Made by a program: the position numbers and the translations under genes. A stretch of DNA of 64,000 nt from Candidatus Poseidoniales archaeon (lineage in GTDB: Archaea; Thermoplasmatota; Poseidoniia; Poseidoniales; Poseidoniaceae), in contig JAYOBT010000004.1 of the NCBI GenBank assembly GCA_038105035.1, forward strand, positions 1,803-65,802. Direction: 5' to 3'. Below the pieces are notes generated by a model. It worked only from the letters and a program-made list of their open reading frames with translations. It was not told where the DNA came from and searched no databases. Shown piece by piece: positions 34,955 through 44,818 of this stretch (positions are counted from its first letter, which is position 1; each line of letters begins with the position of its first letter).

Positions 34955-36562
34955 TCAGGCGTTTGTTGGTGTGCCGGTCTCTTTTGTTGTTGTCACTTTC
35001 TTTAGAGCCTTCCGCCCACGAGGAGAACGTCGGATACCTTCGAACCATGTATCGACACCATTCCAATCAGGGTCAATCCCAAGGTCGTCAAGCACCAGCT
35101 TGCTACTGATTCTTGCGCTTTCAAAGATGGTTGGTAGGCCGCTGCCTGGGTGAGTTCCGCCACCAACGATGAAGAGGTTGTTTGCTTCCTCAAATCGGTT
35201 GTGAGGTCGACGCCAGAGCATTTGTTTGAGGTCGTGGGTGAGGTTGAATACTGCGCCGCGATAGATGTCGGATGCACCCCAATCATCAGGTGTGATGATG
35301 GTCTCTGAGACGATGTGATCCGCAATGTCATCGTAACCTAGTTTTGCGAGTTGCTTGACAACGGTTTCTCTGAAGTCTGCTTTGATGTCATCCCAAACGA
35401 TGCTTTCGTGTTGGTTTGGTACAGGAACAAGGACGTAGATAGTGGAGTGTCCTTCTGGAGCAAGCGAATCATCAGTGATCGAAGCGTTTTGGACATATAC
35501 GGATGGATCATCCCATGTTAGTCGATGGTTGGTAATGTCCTTCAGATTGCTTTCGTACTCCGATGATGCATAGATTTGGTGATGCGGCAAGTCGTATTGC
35601 TTGTCAACACCAAGATAGAGCATGAACGTCGAACAGGAGTATCCTTTCTTCTCCAGCTTTTTGTCGGACCATTTCTTTCGCTTTTCGTTCGGAACAAGAG
35701 TGGTCATGGCGTGAGCAAAATCTGCGTTGACGACGACGCGATCTGCCATCATCTCTCCACCATCGATTCGAACGCCTGTTACGGTTTTTCCTTCGTAAAT
35801 GAGCGACTTCACTGGAGTACTTAGGCGAATATCAACGCCCATTTCCTCAGCAATTTCTGCCATCCGGGCCGTGATGCTTCCTAGTCCACCCTTGGCATGG
35901 AAAATTCCGTGCTCATATTCGAGGAAAGCAAGGATCGTGAACAAGGATGGTGCATGGAAGGGGCTCATACCGAGATATTTGGTTTGGAAGGACATAGCAA
36001 GTCGAATTCGCTCGTCGTCAAAATGCCTGCCAAGATCGCCAGCAACACTTGCCCACGGTTTGAGGACAGAGGCTACTCGCATGGCCCGCTTGGAGAGGAT
36101 ATCCAAAGGACTTCTCCATGGAGTTTGCAAACACTTCTTCGAGAGTTCCAATTTCTTTCGGTTTTGTTTGACGTAATTCTTGAATCCATTCGCGTTCTTG
36201 TCGCCTGCAAGTTCTCGGATGCGTTCCGTCATTTCGTCGAGATTGCTTGTTGCGTCAATGTGTCCTCCGGCACCGAAGACGAGGCGATACATTGGGTCAA
36301 GTGGCATGAGTCCGAGCTCTTTGTGCGCATCACGTCCAATGGCTTGGAAAATTTCTTCGATGACTTCTGGGTAGTGGAAGAAGGTCGGTCCTCGGTCGAA
36401 TGTGTATCCGTCTTTCTTGTACAACCTGGTTCGACCGCCGACTGCATCGGCCTTTTCGAGGACAGTCACTTTCACACCTGAATGTGCGAGAAGAAGTGCG
36501 GAAGCAAGGCCACCTGGTCCGGAGCCTACGATGATAGCAGTGGGAGCATGTTGAGTAGTCAT
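34955..36562 (-). CDS. crtI: Phytoene desaturase
   Basis: FAD dinucleotide fold IIVGSGPGGLASALLLAHSGVKVTVLEKADAVGGR. CrtI C-terminal motif NLFIVGGGTHPGSGLP. Confidence 0.9.
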   Translation of the reverse strand: MTTQHAPTAIIVGSGPGGLASALLLAHSGVKVTVLEKADAVGGRTRLYKKDGYTFDRGPTFFHYPEVIEEIFQAIGRDAHKELGLMPLDPMYRLVFGAGGHIDATSNLDEMTERIRELAGDKNANGFKNYVKQNRKKLELSKKCLQTPWRSPLDILSKRAMRVASVLKPWASVAGDLGRHFDDERIRLAMSFQTKYLGMSPFHAPSLFTILAFLEYEHGIFHAKGGLGSITARMAEIAEEMGVDIRLSTPVKSLIYEGKTVTGVRIDGGEMMADRVVVNADFAHAMTTLVPNEKRKKWSDKKLEKKGYSCSTFMLYLGVDKQYDLPHHQIYASSEYESNLKDITNHRLTWDDPSVYVQNASITDDSLAPEGHSTIYVLVPVPNQHESIVWDDIKADFRETVVKQLAKLGYDDIADHIVSETIITPDDWGASDIYRGAVFNLTHDLKQMLWRRPHNRFEEANNLFIVGGGTHPGSGLPTIFESARISSKLVLDDLGIDPDWNGVDTWFEGIRRSPRGRKALKKVTTTKETGTPTNA

Positions 36563-36607
36563 GCTATTACTACCGAGATTCGGCTTATAAACCGACGTTT
36601 TGAGCCA

Positions 36608-37900
36608 CTAGTTGGTAGGTTTCAAATTCCCTTCCCAGAAAGCGGTTTTGGATGCTTGTTGGGGTGATGATTTATCGGTTTTATACGGAAGTTCAACGAT
36701 GGAAGCAAATTCATCGAGGTATGGGCCCATCGATGAGATCAAATCAACATCTGGGTGGCCTCGTAGGACCATGCCGTCCATGTACATCAGCGAGCGAATG
36801 ATTGGAAAGGCTTCCTCACCAAATCGACATCCTGCTAGAACAGCGATTCGGACTGTTTTCATCATCTGTTGAGTCAAACTGACCTCACTGACAGATTTCC
36901 CGACAAATCCAGAATAGGCTTCATGCATTTCTGCCATGTAACGGGCTTTTGCTTCACCACTTGGTGGAGTATCCGCCATGGTGAGCATTGCCTCGAATGC
37001 TTCCTCCAATTCCCCTTTAGCGAGGTAGTAGAAGAAACCGAAGAGGGCAGATCTGACGCTTTCTGGGGCGTGTGAAATAGCACCGGTATCGATGAAGGTG
37101 AACATTCCATCTTCATCGACCATCGCATTTCCTGGGTGAAGATCACCGTGGAACGTACCGATGCCAAACATGAAGGCTCCGTGGATTCTGAACAATTGTA
37201 GGAGATCATCCCAAGAGAGGTTTTGGTTCGCAAGGCGAGATTCGAGTGTTGGTGCTTTGACGTGCTCCATGACCAGAACGTGTTGGTTTGAAAGCTCCGG
37301 CCAAACCTTTGGAAACTTCAGAAGGGGCATTGGAAATAGTTCTTCAACCTCTTTGGCTCTTTCTTGAAGCAATTCTGCCCCTTGAATCTCGTTTCGCAGA
37401 TCAAGTTCGCGAAGCGTGTAATCTTCCACGTGTTGAAGAAGACCAACAGGGTTGCCGACCTTTCGCAATCGTGGATTGAGGAACAGGCCAATACGCAACC
37501 ATCGTCGCATACGGGTGACATCTTTTCGGAACGATTTCTCAAAATCCGCTTTGATGATTTTTACGACAACTTCGCTTCCATCTTTGAGGACACCCCGGTG
37601 GACTTGGCCGATACTCGCTGCTGCAAACGGTTCTTCCTCAAACGACGCAAACGCGTCGAGGAATCCAGAGGGTGCACGATTTTGGATGAGTGTCATCGAA
37701 TCTTCCTTTGGAATTGAATTCGCCCGTTGATACAATGATTGCAATTGCCTGCACTTTTCTTCTGACAACAAGTCGGGCCGTAGCGCAAAAATCTGTGTAA
37801 GTTTTACTGCAAGCAACCCCATGTTCTGTATTTTGTCAAGGTCAGCTGGGCCTTTCTTCGTAATCATGCGAATAAATCGCGCAAATGTCAGGAGGCGCAT
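36608..37900 (-). CDS. ubiB: ABC1/UbiB family atypical kinase
   Basis: AAASIGQVHRGVLKDGSEVVVKI and HGDLHPGNAMV motifs. Confidence 0.85.
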   Translation of the reverse strand: MRLLTFARFIRMITKKGPADLDKIQNMGLLAVKLTQIFALRPDLLSEEKCRQLQSLYQRANSIPKEDSMTLIQNRAPSGFLDAFASFEEEPFAAASIGQVHRGVLKDGSEVVVKIIKADFEKSFRKDVTRMRRWLRIGLFLNPRLRKVGNPVGLLQHVEDYTLRELDLRNEIQGAELLQERAKEVEELFPMPLLKFPKVWPELSNQHVLVMEHVKAPTLESRLANQNLSWDDLLQLFRIHGAFMFGIGTFHGDLHPGNAMVDEDGMFTFIDTGAISHAPESVRSALFGFFYYLAKGELEEAFEAMLTMADTPPSGEAKARYMAEMHEAYSGFVGKSVSEVSLTQQMMKTVRIAVLAGCRFGEEAFPIIRSLMYMDGMVLRGHPDVDLISSMGPYLDEFASIVELPYKTDKSSPQQASKTAFWEGNLKPTN

Positions 37901-37925
37901 AGTTAGAAAATCTCCATTTCATTTA

Positions 37926-38738
37926 TCAATCGGCGTTTTTCTTCAAGAGTGCACGAATGGGGTTAGCAAACATTGCAGGTGTCGTTGAGACCCATTCTTC
38001 GTAACCTTCTCGTTCCTGCAAATCGACTTCTGACATCTTGACACCACTCACGTAGCGTAGAAGAAGTACGAGGATGGCTGGCCCTATGAGCGCAGGTATC
38101 GCATTGCTGCCCCCAATCACAAGAGCAAATCCACCTATGGACCACCAGAGAATCGCCTCCCCGAGATGGTTCGGATGACGCGTGATCGAAAACATTCCAT
38201 CGGTCTTGAGATGCCCGGGGCCATGGCGTTCGCGATATCGTTTTAGCTCCATGTCCGCTTTGTGCTCAAGCAACAATCCTATGACGAAACAAGTCAAGCA
38301 AATCATCGATAAGATGATCTTTTCCAATGTCCACTCCACCTGTTCAGCAGGTCCTGGAATGAGATAGAAAATGGGTAAAGCAATAATGAGAAGAAGAACG
38401 CCTTGAAGGAGGAAGACTTGGAGGAAACTGATCCACCACCAATGTTGTCCGGCTGTTTCCCGCATTCGTACATATCGAGGATCTTCCCCGCGATTTTTGG
38501 TTCGTTTGTGTAGCACAAAGCCGAGTCTTAGCCCCCATAGAGTAACGCAAATGAGACATGCAATCGCAGCGATGTCGAACGGTTCGTACAACAAAAACCG
38601 AGTCCAGGCAATGAGGACAAAACCCATCCCCCAGAGAACATCCATGACGGTTACATTGCCAGATGAAACGGTTTTCAGCCATGCCAAAGTTACGTAGGCA
38701 AACACCACCAGCACAGTGATCTGATTTGGGCTCATCAT
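37926..38738 (-). CDS. DUF1295 / steroid-5-alpha-reductase-like membrane protein
   Basis: Polytopic, with a C-terminal ITRHPNHLGEAILWW signature. Confidence 0.65.
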   Translation of the reverse strand: MMSPNQITVLVVFAYVTLAWLKTVSSGNVTVMDVLWGMGFVLIAWTRFLLYEPFDIAAIACLICVTLWGLRLGFVLHKRTKNRGEDPRYVRMRETAGQHWWWISFLQVFLLQGVLLLIIALPIFYLIPGPAEQVEWTLEKIILSMICLTCFVIGLLLEHKADMELKRYRERHGPGHLKTDGMFSITRHPNHLGEAILWWSIGGFALVIGGSNAIPALIGPAILVLLLRYVSGVKMSEVDLQEREGYEEWVSTTPAMFANPIRALLKKNAD

Positions 38739-40132
38739 GACGATGGTTCTGCTGCCTGTTCTTCATTGTTCATGATGATGTGGTAGCGCCAGAGGTCATC
38801 TGGCTCACCTGTACCATCGTACCGACGAACGTTAACATTTCCATCTTTCGGGAAGCGTGTCATGAGGGCACCTTCGATGATACCGTCATCAAGTTCCCAC
38901 ATTGGGAGAACATCTGGATCTTCGCTTGGTGGATGGTCGAGTCCAACTTGAACATGGAATACCGGGTCAATACCGTATTCGAGTCGACCGAGGCCAGCGA
39001 ATTCCCACCAGTCCATCATCTCGTCAAGGAATTCAACGTGATTTTCGATGGATCGAAGAGAAAAGGCAAGTTCGTGGCCTACGCGGTTTCCGACCTGTCG
39101 GAGCATGCGTGACAGGTCGATTCCAAGGATTTTCAGATTTGAAAGGCGTCCTTTGGTCAATTCTTGTCGTGCTTGATTGACTTCCGTTCCTGCTGCAAGG
39201 AATGCGTCTGGGTCGAACGGCGTATCGTGCTCGGGCAAGTCGTCAACACCCAATGCGCCAACAAGCGAGTCAAGGAAGGAACCCTCGCCAATGGTTAACC
39301 GAAGTGGGTCATGGATTCGACCCTTCGAGAATCGAGCCTCTGCGACTTCAAACTGGACAGCGTCTTCCCAAATCGTATCGATGAGGTTTTCTTGGGCCTT
39401 TGCGAATGGTTCGCTTTCGATAACCAAAGCAGCATCTTCCTTGCCTCGTCCGACGGGGTTTTCCTCAATGTTGAGGAATTGAACAACGTGGGTACAGTCT
39501 TGCAAGAATCCTTGCGAGTCAAGATCGTCTGAGTGCTTGATTTCGATGGAATCGTGGAGTTTCTGGAAGAATCGTGTTGTTCGTCGGTCAAGTTGAGCAA
39601 TGACTTGAACAACGACTCCTTTTTCGGCAACCGAGTTGACAGTTTCGAGTGCTTCACTGCGACAAAGGTGCAAGATACCGTATCGTCCAAGCAGAAGGAC
39701 CAGACGTTCTTCAGCCTCTTCGGCCATACGCTCGAGACGTCGATAGATGTGGCTTCGTTCCTTCAATACTGCGAAACGAGGTTCGTCTCTTTGACGTCGA
39801 TTAGCCTCGTAGGAAGCGTTTGCTTCGCTGATTCCCTTGGAAAGTTCATTGAATCCTTCCTCTAAGTTGTCGAGTTGACGTCGACGCATCTCAATGATAT
39901 GCTGCAATGCCTCGTCGACCCGAAGGCTCGAGAACAGCATAGGGCGGTCAGCGGTGGCTGTAACAATGCCCATTTCTTGCAACCGAGACAGGCTGTTGTA
40001 AGCATCAAGTCGCGTGGTTTGAAGTTCTTTGGCGAGCTCACTTGCTCGCATGTTGGGGTTGTTTCCGAGAACCATGATGGAGCGAACTTCACGCTCTGTC
40101 AAGCCTGCCTCGTTTAGGAGACTATCCCACAT
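38735..40132 (-). CDS. TrmB-family transcriptional regulator with a long C-terminal sensor region
   Basis: N-terminal wHTH LTEREVRSIMVLGNNPNMRASELAKELQTTRLDAYNSLSRLQEMGIV. ATGA and TGATG overlaps with both neighbours. Confidence 0.7.
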   Translation of the reverse strand: MWDSLLNEAGLTEREVRSIMVLGNNPNMRASELAKELQTTRLDAYNSLSRLQEMGIVTATADRPMLFSSLRVDEALQHIIEMRRRQLDNLEEGFNELSKGISEANASYEANRRQRDEPRFAVLKERSHIYRRLERMAEEAEERLVLLLGRYGILHLCRSEALETVNSVAEKGVVVQVIAQLDRRTTRFFQKLHDSIEIKHSDDLDSQGFLQDCTHVVQFLNIEENPVGRGKEDAALVIESEPFAKAQENLIDTIWEDAVQFEVAEARFSKGRIHDPLRLTIGEGSFLDSLVGALGVDDLPEHDTPFDPDAFLAAGTEVNQARQELTKGRLSNLKILGIDLSRMLRQVGNRVGHELAFSLRSIENHVEFLDEMMDWWEFAGLGRLEYGIDPVFHVQVGLDHPPSEDPDVLPMWELDDGIIEGALMTRFPKDGNVNVRRYDGTGEPDDLWRYHIIMNNEEQAAEPSS

Positions 40133-40662
40133 CAGTCGGATCCTCCGGTAACGGATGAGAGGCTCTTGAGAATTCGAGCGACGTGACGACGTGGCCGGAA
40201 CAACCAGTCGTAGACATGATGAATTCGGTTGTCTGGGCCGATAAGGAAGCTGGACTTCGCAGGGAACATGCCGAGATGCACCGGTACGAGGAATTTGTCT
40301 GCTACAGCACGGTCAGAATCTGCAAGGAGCGGGAATGGTAGTCCGCCAAGTTCCTTTTTGAATTTAGCATGAGATTCACTTGTGCCCTCGCCAATTCCAA
40401 CGACGTTACAACCAGCAGAAATAAACAGGTCATGTTGTTCTTTGAAGGTCAAACATCCGCGCTTGCACGTTGGCGAACCATTTTTCGCGTAGAAGAACAA
40501 AATTCTCCATGTTCCATCGAGGCTGGAGCTTTGGAATTCGTTACCCTCATCGTCAGTGAGGGTAAATTCTGGAGCAAGTTCGCCTATCAAATCCTTACTC
40601 ACTCTCTTCGCCTCTGCTAGGGTGAGGCGGTCCGCCGTCAAAATGACTTCTCCCATGTGCAT
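40132..40662 (-). CDS. bcp: Peroxiredoxin (Bcp / AhpC-TSA family)
   Basis: APEFTLTDDEGNEF...ILFFYAKNGSPTCKRGC contains the P-x3-T-x2-C peroxidatic motif. The start is placed after the ribA stop (ATG 40662 or 40656). Confidence 0.78.
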   Translation of the reverse strand: MHMGEVILTADRLTLAEAKRVSKDLIGELAPEFTLTDDEGNEFQSSSLDGTWRILFFYAKNGSPTCKRGCLTFKEQHDLFISAGCNVVGIGEGTSESHAKFKKELGGLPFPLLADSDRAVADKFLVPVHLGMFPAKSSFLIGPDNRIHHVYDWLFRPRRHVARILKSLSSVTGGSD

Positions 40663-40667
40663 CAACC

Positions 40668-41279
40668 TCAGATAGGCAAAATGTGACGCATTCGCAACGC
40701 TTTTGTTCGCAGGTAATCTTTGTTTTCGGAGCATATGCCAGCCTTGTGTTCGACTCGATCGACAACGTTGATTCCATGACGAACGAGTTGTTCGACCTTG
40801 TCAGGGTTGTTGGTCATGAGCCTAACAGTGTCCACGCCAATATCGGTAAGCATGTGTGCTGCTATTGTGTAATCTCGACCATCGGCGGGTAAGCCCAGGG
40901 CAAGATTTGCATCGAGCGTGTCGAGCCCACGGTCTTGGAGGTTGTAGGCCTGCATTTTAGCAAACAGACCAATGCCTCGCCCCTCTTGGCGGAGGTACAG
41001 GACGATGCCCCTTCCTTCTTGCTGGATGGTCTTTAGAGCTCGCTGTAGTTGAGGGCCACAATCGCATCGAAGGCTACCCAAGGCGTCTCCAGTGAGGCAC
41101 TCAGAGTGGATTCGAACGAGCGGTGGCGCTTGGTCGTTCATGTCGCCGTAGTAAATGGCGGCGTGTTCTGCACCATCTCGGGGATCAACGTATGAGCGGA
41201 TACGGAAGTCTCCGTACTTGGTCGGCAATTTTGCATCTGCTGGGACTGCCGTAAAATTTTGAGCGGTTGAGCCTGTCAT
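40668..41279 (-). CDS. ribA: GTP cyclohydrolase II
   Basis: IHSECLTGDALGSLRCDCGPQL zinc motif and GRGIGL. Confidence 0.92.
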   Translation of the reverse strand: MTGSTAQNFTAVPADAKLPTKYGDFRIRSYVDPRDGAEHAAIYYGDMNDQAPPLVRIHSECLTGDALGSLRCDCGPQLQRALKTIQQEGRGIVLYLRQEGRGIGLFAKMQAYNLQDRGLDTLDANLALGLPADGRDYTIAAHMLTDIGVDTVRLMTNNPDKVEQLVRHGINVVDRVEHKAGICSENKDYLRTKALRMRHILPI

Positions 41280-41302
41280 AATTCATGAAAACGACGTTCT
41301 AT

Positions 41303-41310
41303 GTATAAAG
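41303..41310. promoter_or_regulatory. Single central TATA element (GTATAAAG; TTTATAC on the minus strand) shared by divergent ribA and nudix transcription units
   Basis: The centre at about 41306 lies 27 nt from ribA ATG (41279) and 27 nt from the first plus-strand start (41333). Confidence 0.4.
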
Positions 41311-41332
41311 GACTGTTTCTCAACTACGGCCA

Positions 41333-41884
41333 TTGTGCCGATTTTCTAAACGGTTCTTCAAATACTGGGCCCGCACAATTTTACCCGTGGCTGGAAACTT
41401 TGACATTGGCGTGGCTGCTGCTGTAGTCACAGATTCCAGTATTTTACTGGTCCAAGAAGCCAAAGGACCATACGCAGGTTGCTGGGGACTTCCAAAAGGA
41501 CACGTAGAACCAAGCGAATCCATCGAAAACGCAGTGCTGCGTGAACTACTGGAAGAGACAAACATCGAGGGAAACGTGTCAGGATTTATCGGTCTAAGAA
41601 CAACGCAGACACGGCATGGAGTGGGCCTCTTCCTGTGTTACAAGATCACCGCAGACAACTTCGATACCAAACCCCAAGAAGACGAAATTTCAGATATTCG
41701 ATTTTTCTCATCCGATGAATTCGATAGCATCGAATGGGTTTCTGCCGCCATGAGAGGCTTTGCCGAAGTCGCCCTCAAAGACTCATCACTCCCTCTCATC
41801 GATCTCAGTACTGAATCTGAAAGACCCTATCATTTGGTCTTCAGCGATGGTCGCATGACCCTCTCAGATGAGGTGGTTCAATGA
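41333..41884 (+). CDS. NUDIX hydrolase
   Basis: Nudix box GLPKGHVEPSESIENAVLRELLEETN. The start is uncertain (TTG 41333 or GTG 41387). Confidence 0.78.
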   Translation: MCRFSKRFFKYWARTILPVAGNFDIGVAAAVVTDSSILLVQEAKGPYAGCWGLPKGHVEPSESIENAVLRELLEETNIEGNVSGFIGLRTTQTRHGVGLFLCYKITADNFDTKPQEDEISDIRFFSSDEFDSIEWVSAAMRGFAEVALKDSSLPLIDLSTESERPYHLVFSDGRMTLSDEVVQ

Positions 41885-43371
41885 TTGACGATCGTCGAAT
41901 TAGTGCGAACGACAAACCAGTAAATCCCGACGGCACGCACATTGTCTACTGGATGACGAGTGCTCGGCGTGCACGCTGGAATTATGCTCTCGATCATGCC
42001 ATCGTTCTCGCCAATGAACACAATGTTCCGCTCATCGTCGTTGAATGTCTTGCACTCGGGCATCGCTGGGCCAACGATCGAATACACACCTTTGTTCTCC
42101 AAGGAATGATCGACAACAGAAAATTATTCGAATCCAGTTCAGTCACATACGTGCCGTATGTTGAAACCAAAAAAGCACAAGCAGGTGGTCTCTTGCAATC
42201 GTTCTCGAAAAATGCAGTTGCTGTCGTCATTGATGACTTCCCGACATACATGCCTCGAGAAGTTGCTATACGTGCCAAGGAACTTGTAAATTGCTCCGTT
42301 CAATGCGTGGACAGCAACGGAATTATTCCACTTCGAGCCCCTGAGCGTTCGTTCTCAACGGCGCACTCTTTCAGACGCTACATTCATCAAAATGTCCTCA
42401 ATTTTGTTTCTACACCACCATCCTCAAATCCTCTCAAGAACCTCTCAGATGTCGAGAACGGTGCTCACATCGTTGCCCAGTGTTTCGAGGATGCAGATGT
42501 CCCCACAACGCCACTTGAGTTCATTTGGAGAGTTTCCGAAGCCTCCCGTGAAGGCAGGGACGCTCTTGCAGTGCTCGATATCGATCATGAAGTTCCCCCA
42601 GTCGATGATCGCAGAGGAGGCTCGCTTACAGCGCGCACCGAACTCAAGAAATTCATCGAGCAACGTCTCGACACTTACCATGTCGACCGCAATCATCCGG
42701 AACGCAGTGGTGGAAGCGGATTGTCTCCATGGCTCCATTTTGGGCACATTTCGTCGTTTGAAATCGTGCATGAAGTGTTGAATTCAGAAGGCTGGAACCC
42801 AATGAAAATCACGCCTCCTCACAACGGTCGCCGCGCAGGATGGTGGGGAATGAGCGAAGGTGCTGAAGCTTTCCTCGACCAGGTGATTACTTGGCGAGAA
42901 CTCGGTTTCGTGTACTGTTTCGAGCATCCTGACCACACTTCATACGAAACACTCCCTGAATGGGCTAAAAACACGCTTCAAGAACATGCCAATGATGAGC
43001 GGCCGTTCATTTACACCTTCGAACAACTCGAACGCGGTGAAACGCACGACCCCCTTTGGAACGCAGCACAGTTGCAACTCCGCAAAGAAGGCATGATTCA
43101 CAACTACTTGCGAATGCTCTGGGGTAAGAAAGTGCTTGAATGGTGCCCCGATCCAGAAACTGCATGCAATTGGTTGATCCGATTAAACGACCGTTGGGCG
43201 CTCGACGGTCGAGACCCGAATTCATACACGGGAATCTTTTGGATCTTTGGCCGGTTCGACCGTGGTTGGTTTGAACGGGCCGTGTTTGGAAAAGTTCGCT
43301 ACATGACCTCGGCCTCAACCCAACGCAAGTTCAAAACTGAGGATTATATACGAAAATACGCAGATTCCTAA
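41881..43371 (+). CDS. phr: Class II CPD deoxyribodipyrimidine photolyase
   Basis: Collinear with archaeal class II photolyases: IVYWMTSARRARWNYAL, LSPWLHFGHISS, THDPLWNAAQLQL, HNYLRMLWGKKVLEW, DGRDPNSYTGIFW. ATGA overlap with nudix, and a GAGGTG SD. Confidence 0.92.
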   Translation: MIDDRRISANDKPVNPDGTHIVYWMTSARRARWNYALDHAIVLANEHNVPLIVVECLALGHRWANDRIHTFVLQGMIDNRKLFESSSVTYVPYVETKKAQAGGLLQSFSKNAVAVVIDDFPTYMPREVAIRAKELVNCSVQCVDSNGIIPLRAPERSFSTAHSFRRYIHQNVLNFVSTPPSSNPLKNLSDVENGAHIVAQCFEDADVPTTPLEFIWRVSEASREGRDALAVLDIDHEVPPVDDRRGGSLTARTELKKFIEQRLDTYHVDRNHPERSGGSGLSPWLHFGHISSFEIVHEVLNSEGWNPMKITPPHNGRRAGWWGMSEGAEAFLDQVITWRELGFVYCFEHPDHTSYETLPEWAKNTLQEHANDERPFIYTFEQLERGETHDPLWNAAQLQLRKEGMIHNYLRMLWGKKVLEWCPDPETACNWLIRLNDRWALDGRDPNSYTGIFWIFGRFDRGWFERAVFGKVRYMTSASTQRKFKTEDYIRKYADS

Positions 43372-43386
43372 CAATAGGTGACGCGT

Positions 43387-44778
43387 ATGCCGATTTTTGA
43401 ACACAATGCCACGTTTCCGTTTTCCCGACAGGCTGTTTGGGATTGGCACGCTCGACCAGGTGCAGTCCGACGAATTATGCCAGATTGGGAAGGCATTCGC
43501 CCCGTGCAAGTCGGTGGAATTACCGACGGTGCAATCACTGAATTTCGCATGAGCATCGGCATTGTGCCGCAGCGATGGGTTGCCAAACACCACAGCTATA
43601 TCGAAGGTGAGCAATTCTGTGACGACTCGATCAAAGGCCCTTTTGCTCGCTGGAATCACGTTCACAAGTTTGTTGATGGTGGAGAACAAGAAATGACCAT
43701 CGAAGACAGAATCGACTGGAAACTACCGTTCCATTTCTTTTCAAGAATTGGTGCCCCAATCATGGTCATGCCCAGAGTTCGGACAATGTTCAAACATCGT
43801 ACTCGTAGAATACTTGCAGACCTTAGCCGTCAACAGATGTTCAAAGATGCGCCTCGACGTCGTATCCTCATCAGTGGTTCAACCGGATTAATTGGAACAC
43901 AATTGGGCGCTTTCCTTGAAACAGACGGACATGATGTCCATCGACTTCTGCGTCCCACAACGAACCTTCACGCCGATCAAAACCCAAACAACATCGTTCG
44001 ATGGAACGACCAAACTGGAGAAATTCTTGAAGGCTCTCTGGAAGGTTTTGACGTCGTGATTCACCTCGCTGGTGCGGGAATTGGTGACAAGCGCTGGAGT
44101 AAGAAACGAAAGAATCTGATTGCAACGAGTCGTGCCATCCCTACAGAGAATCTCTCGAAGGCCCTCGCTTCACTTGAATCGCCTCCGGGCGTATTCATGT
44201 GCGCTTCTGCGGTCGGTTTTTACGACAACAGAGGCGATGAAGAATTGGATGAATCAAGCAGCATTGGCGATGGTTTCCTCGCAACATTGTGCAAGCAATG
44301 GGAAGATACCACGATTCCAGCCTCAAGTGCTGGAATTCGAACCATCATCATGCGAACAGGCATCGTTACAACGGCTGCTGGAGGTATGCTCAAGCAGATT
44401 CTTCCTATCGCAAAGATAGGGGCGCTCGGTCCAATTGGTGGAGGAAAGCAATGGCAATCTTGGATATCTCTCGACGATCAAATCTATGCGATGTACCACC
44501 TGATGAACCAAGATGATGCAAGCGGTGTTTACAATTTGACCGCTCCTCAACCCGTGACGCAGAAACAATATGCCAAGACACTAGGTAAGGTTCTCCGCCG
44601 ACCTGCATTCGCTCCCGCACCTGGTTTTGTCATGAAAATTCTGTTTGGAGAAATGGGCAAGTCACTTATTCTCGATGGGCAAAGGGTCTATCCAAAACGA
44701 TTGTTAGAATCTGGATACACATTTGAACATGAAACACTTGAACCAGCCCTCCGTGATGCGTTGGGACGGTTCAACTAA
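43387..44778 (+). CDS. SRPBCC (cyclase/dehydrase-like) domain fused to a YfcH-type (TIGR01777) SDR epimerase with a DUF1731 C-terminus
   Basis: ILISGSTGLIGTQLGAFL Rossmann motif. C-terminal RRPAFAPAPGFVMKILFGEM...GQRVYPKRLLESGYTFEH. GTG 43378 is an alternative start. Confidence 0.78.
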   Translation: MPIFEHNATFPFSRQAVWDWHARPGAVRRIMPDWEGIRPVQVGGITDGAITEFRMSIGIVPQRWVAKHHSYIEGEQFCDDSIKGPFARWNHVHKFVDGGEQEMTIEDRIDWKLPFHFFSRIGAPIMVMPRVRTMFKHRTRRILADLSRQQMFKDAPRRRILISGSTGLIGTQLGAFLETDGHDVHRLLRPTTNLHADQNPNNIVRWNDQTGEILEGSLEGFDVVIHLAGAGIGDKRWSKKRKNLIATSRAIPTENLSKALASLESPPGVFMCASAVGFYDNRGDEELDESSSIGDGFLATLCKQWEDTTIPASSAGIRTIIMRTGIVTTAAGGMLKQILPIAKIGALGPIGGGKQWQSWISLDDQIYAMYHLMNQDDASGVYNLTAPQPVTQKQYAKTLGKVLRRPAFAPAPGFVMKILFGEMGKSLILDGQRVYPKRLLESGYTFEHETLEPALRDALGRFN

Positions 44779-44818
44779 TCGTCGCTTTCTTCTTAACCGG
44801 CATGTGTCATGGACAAAC

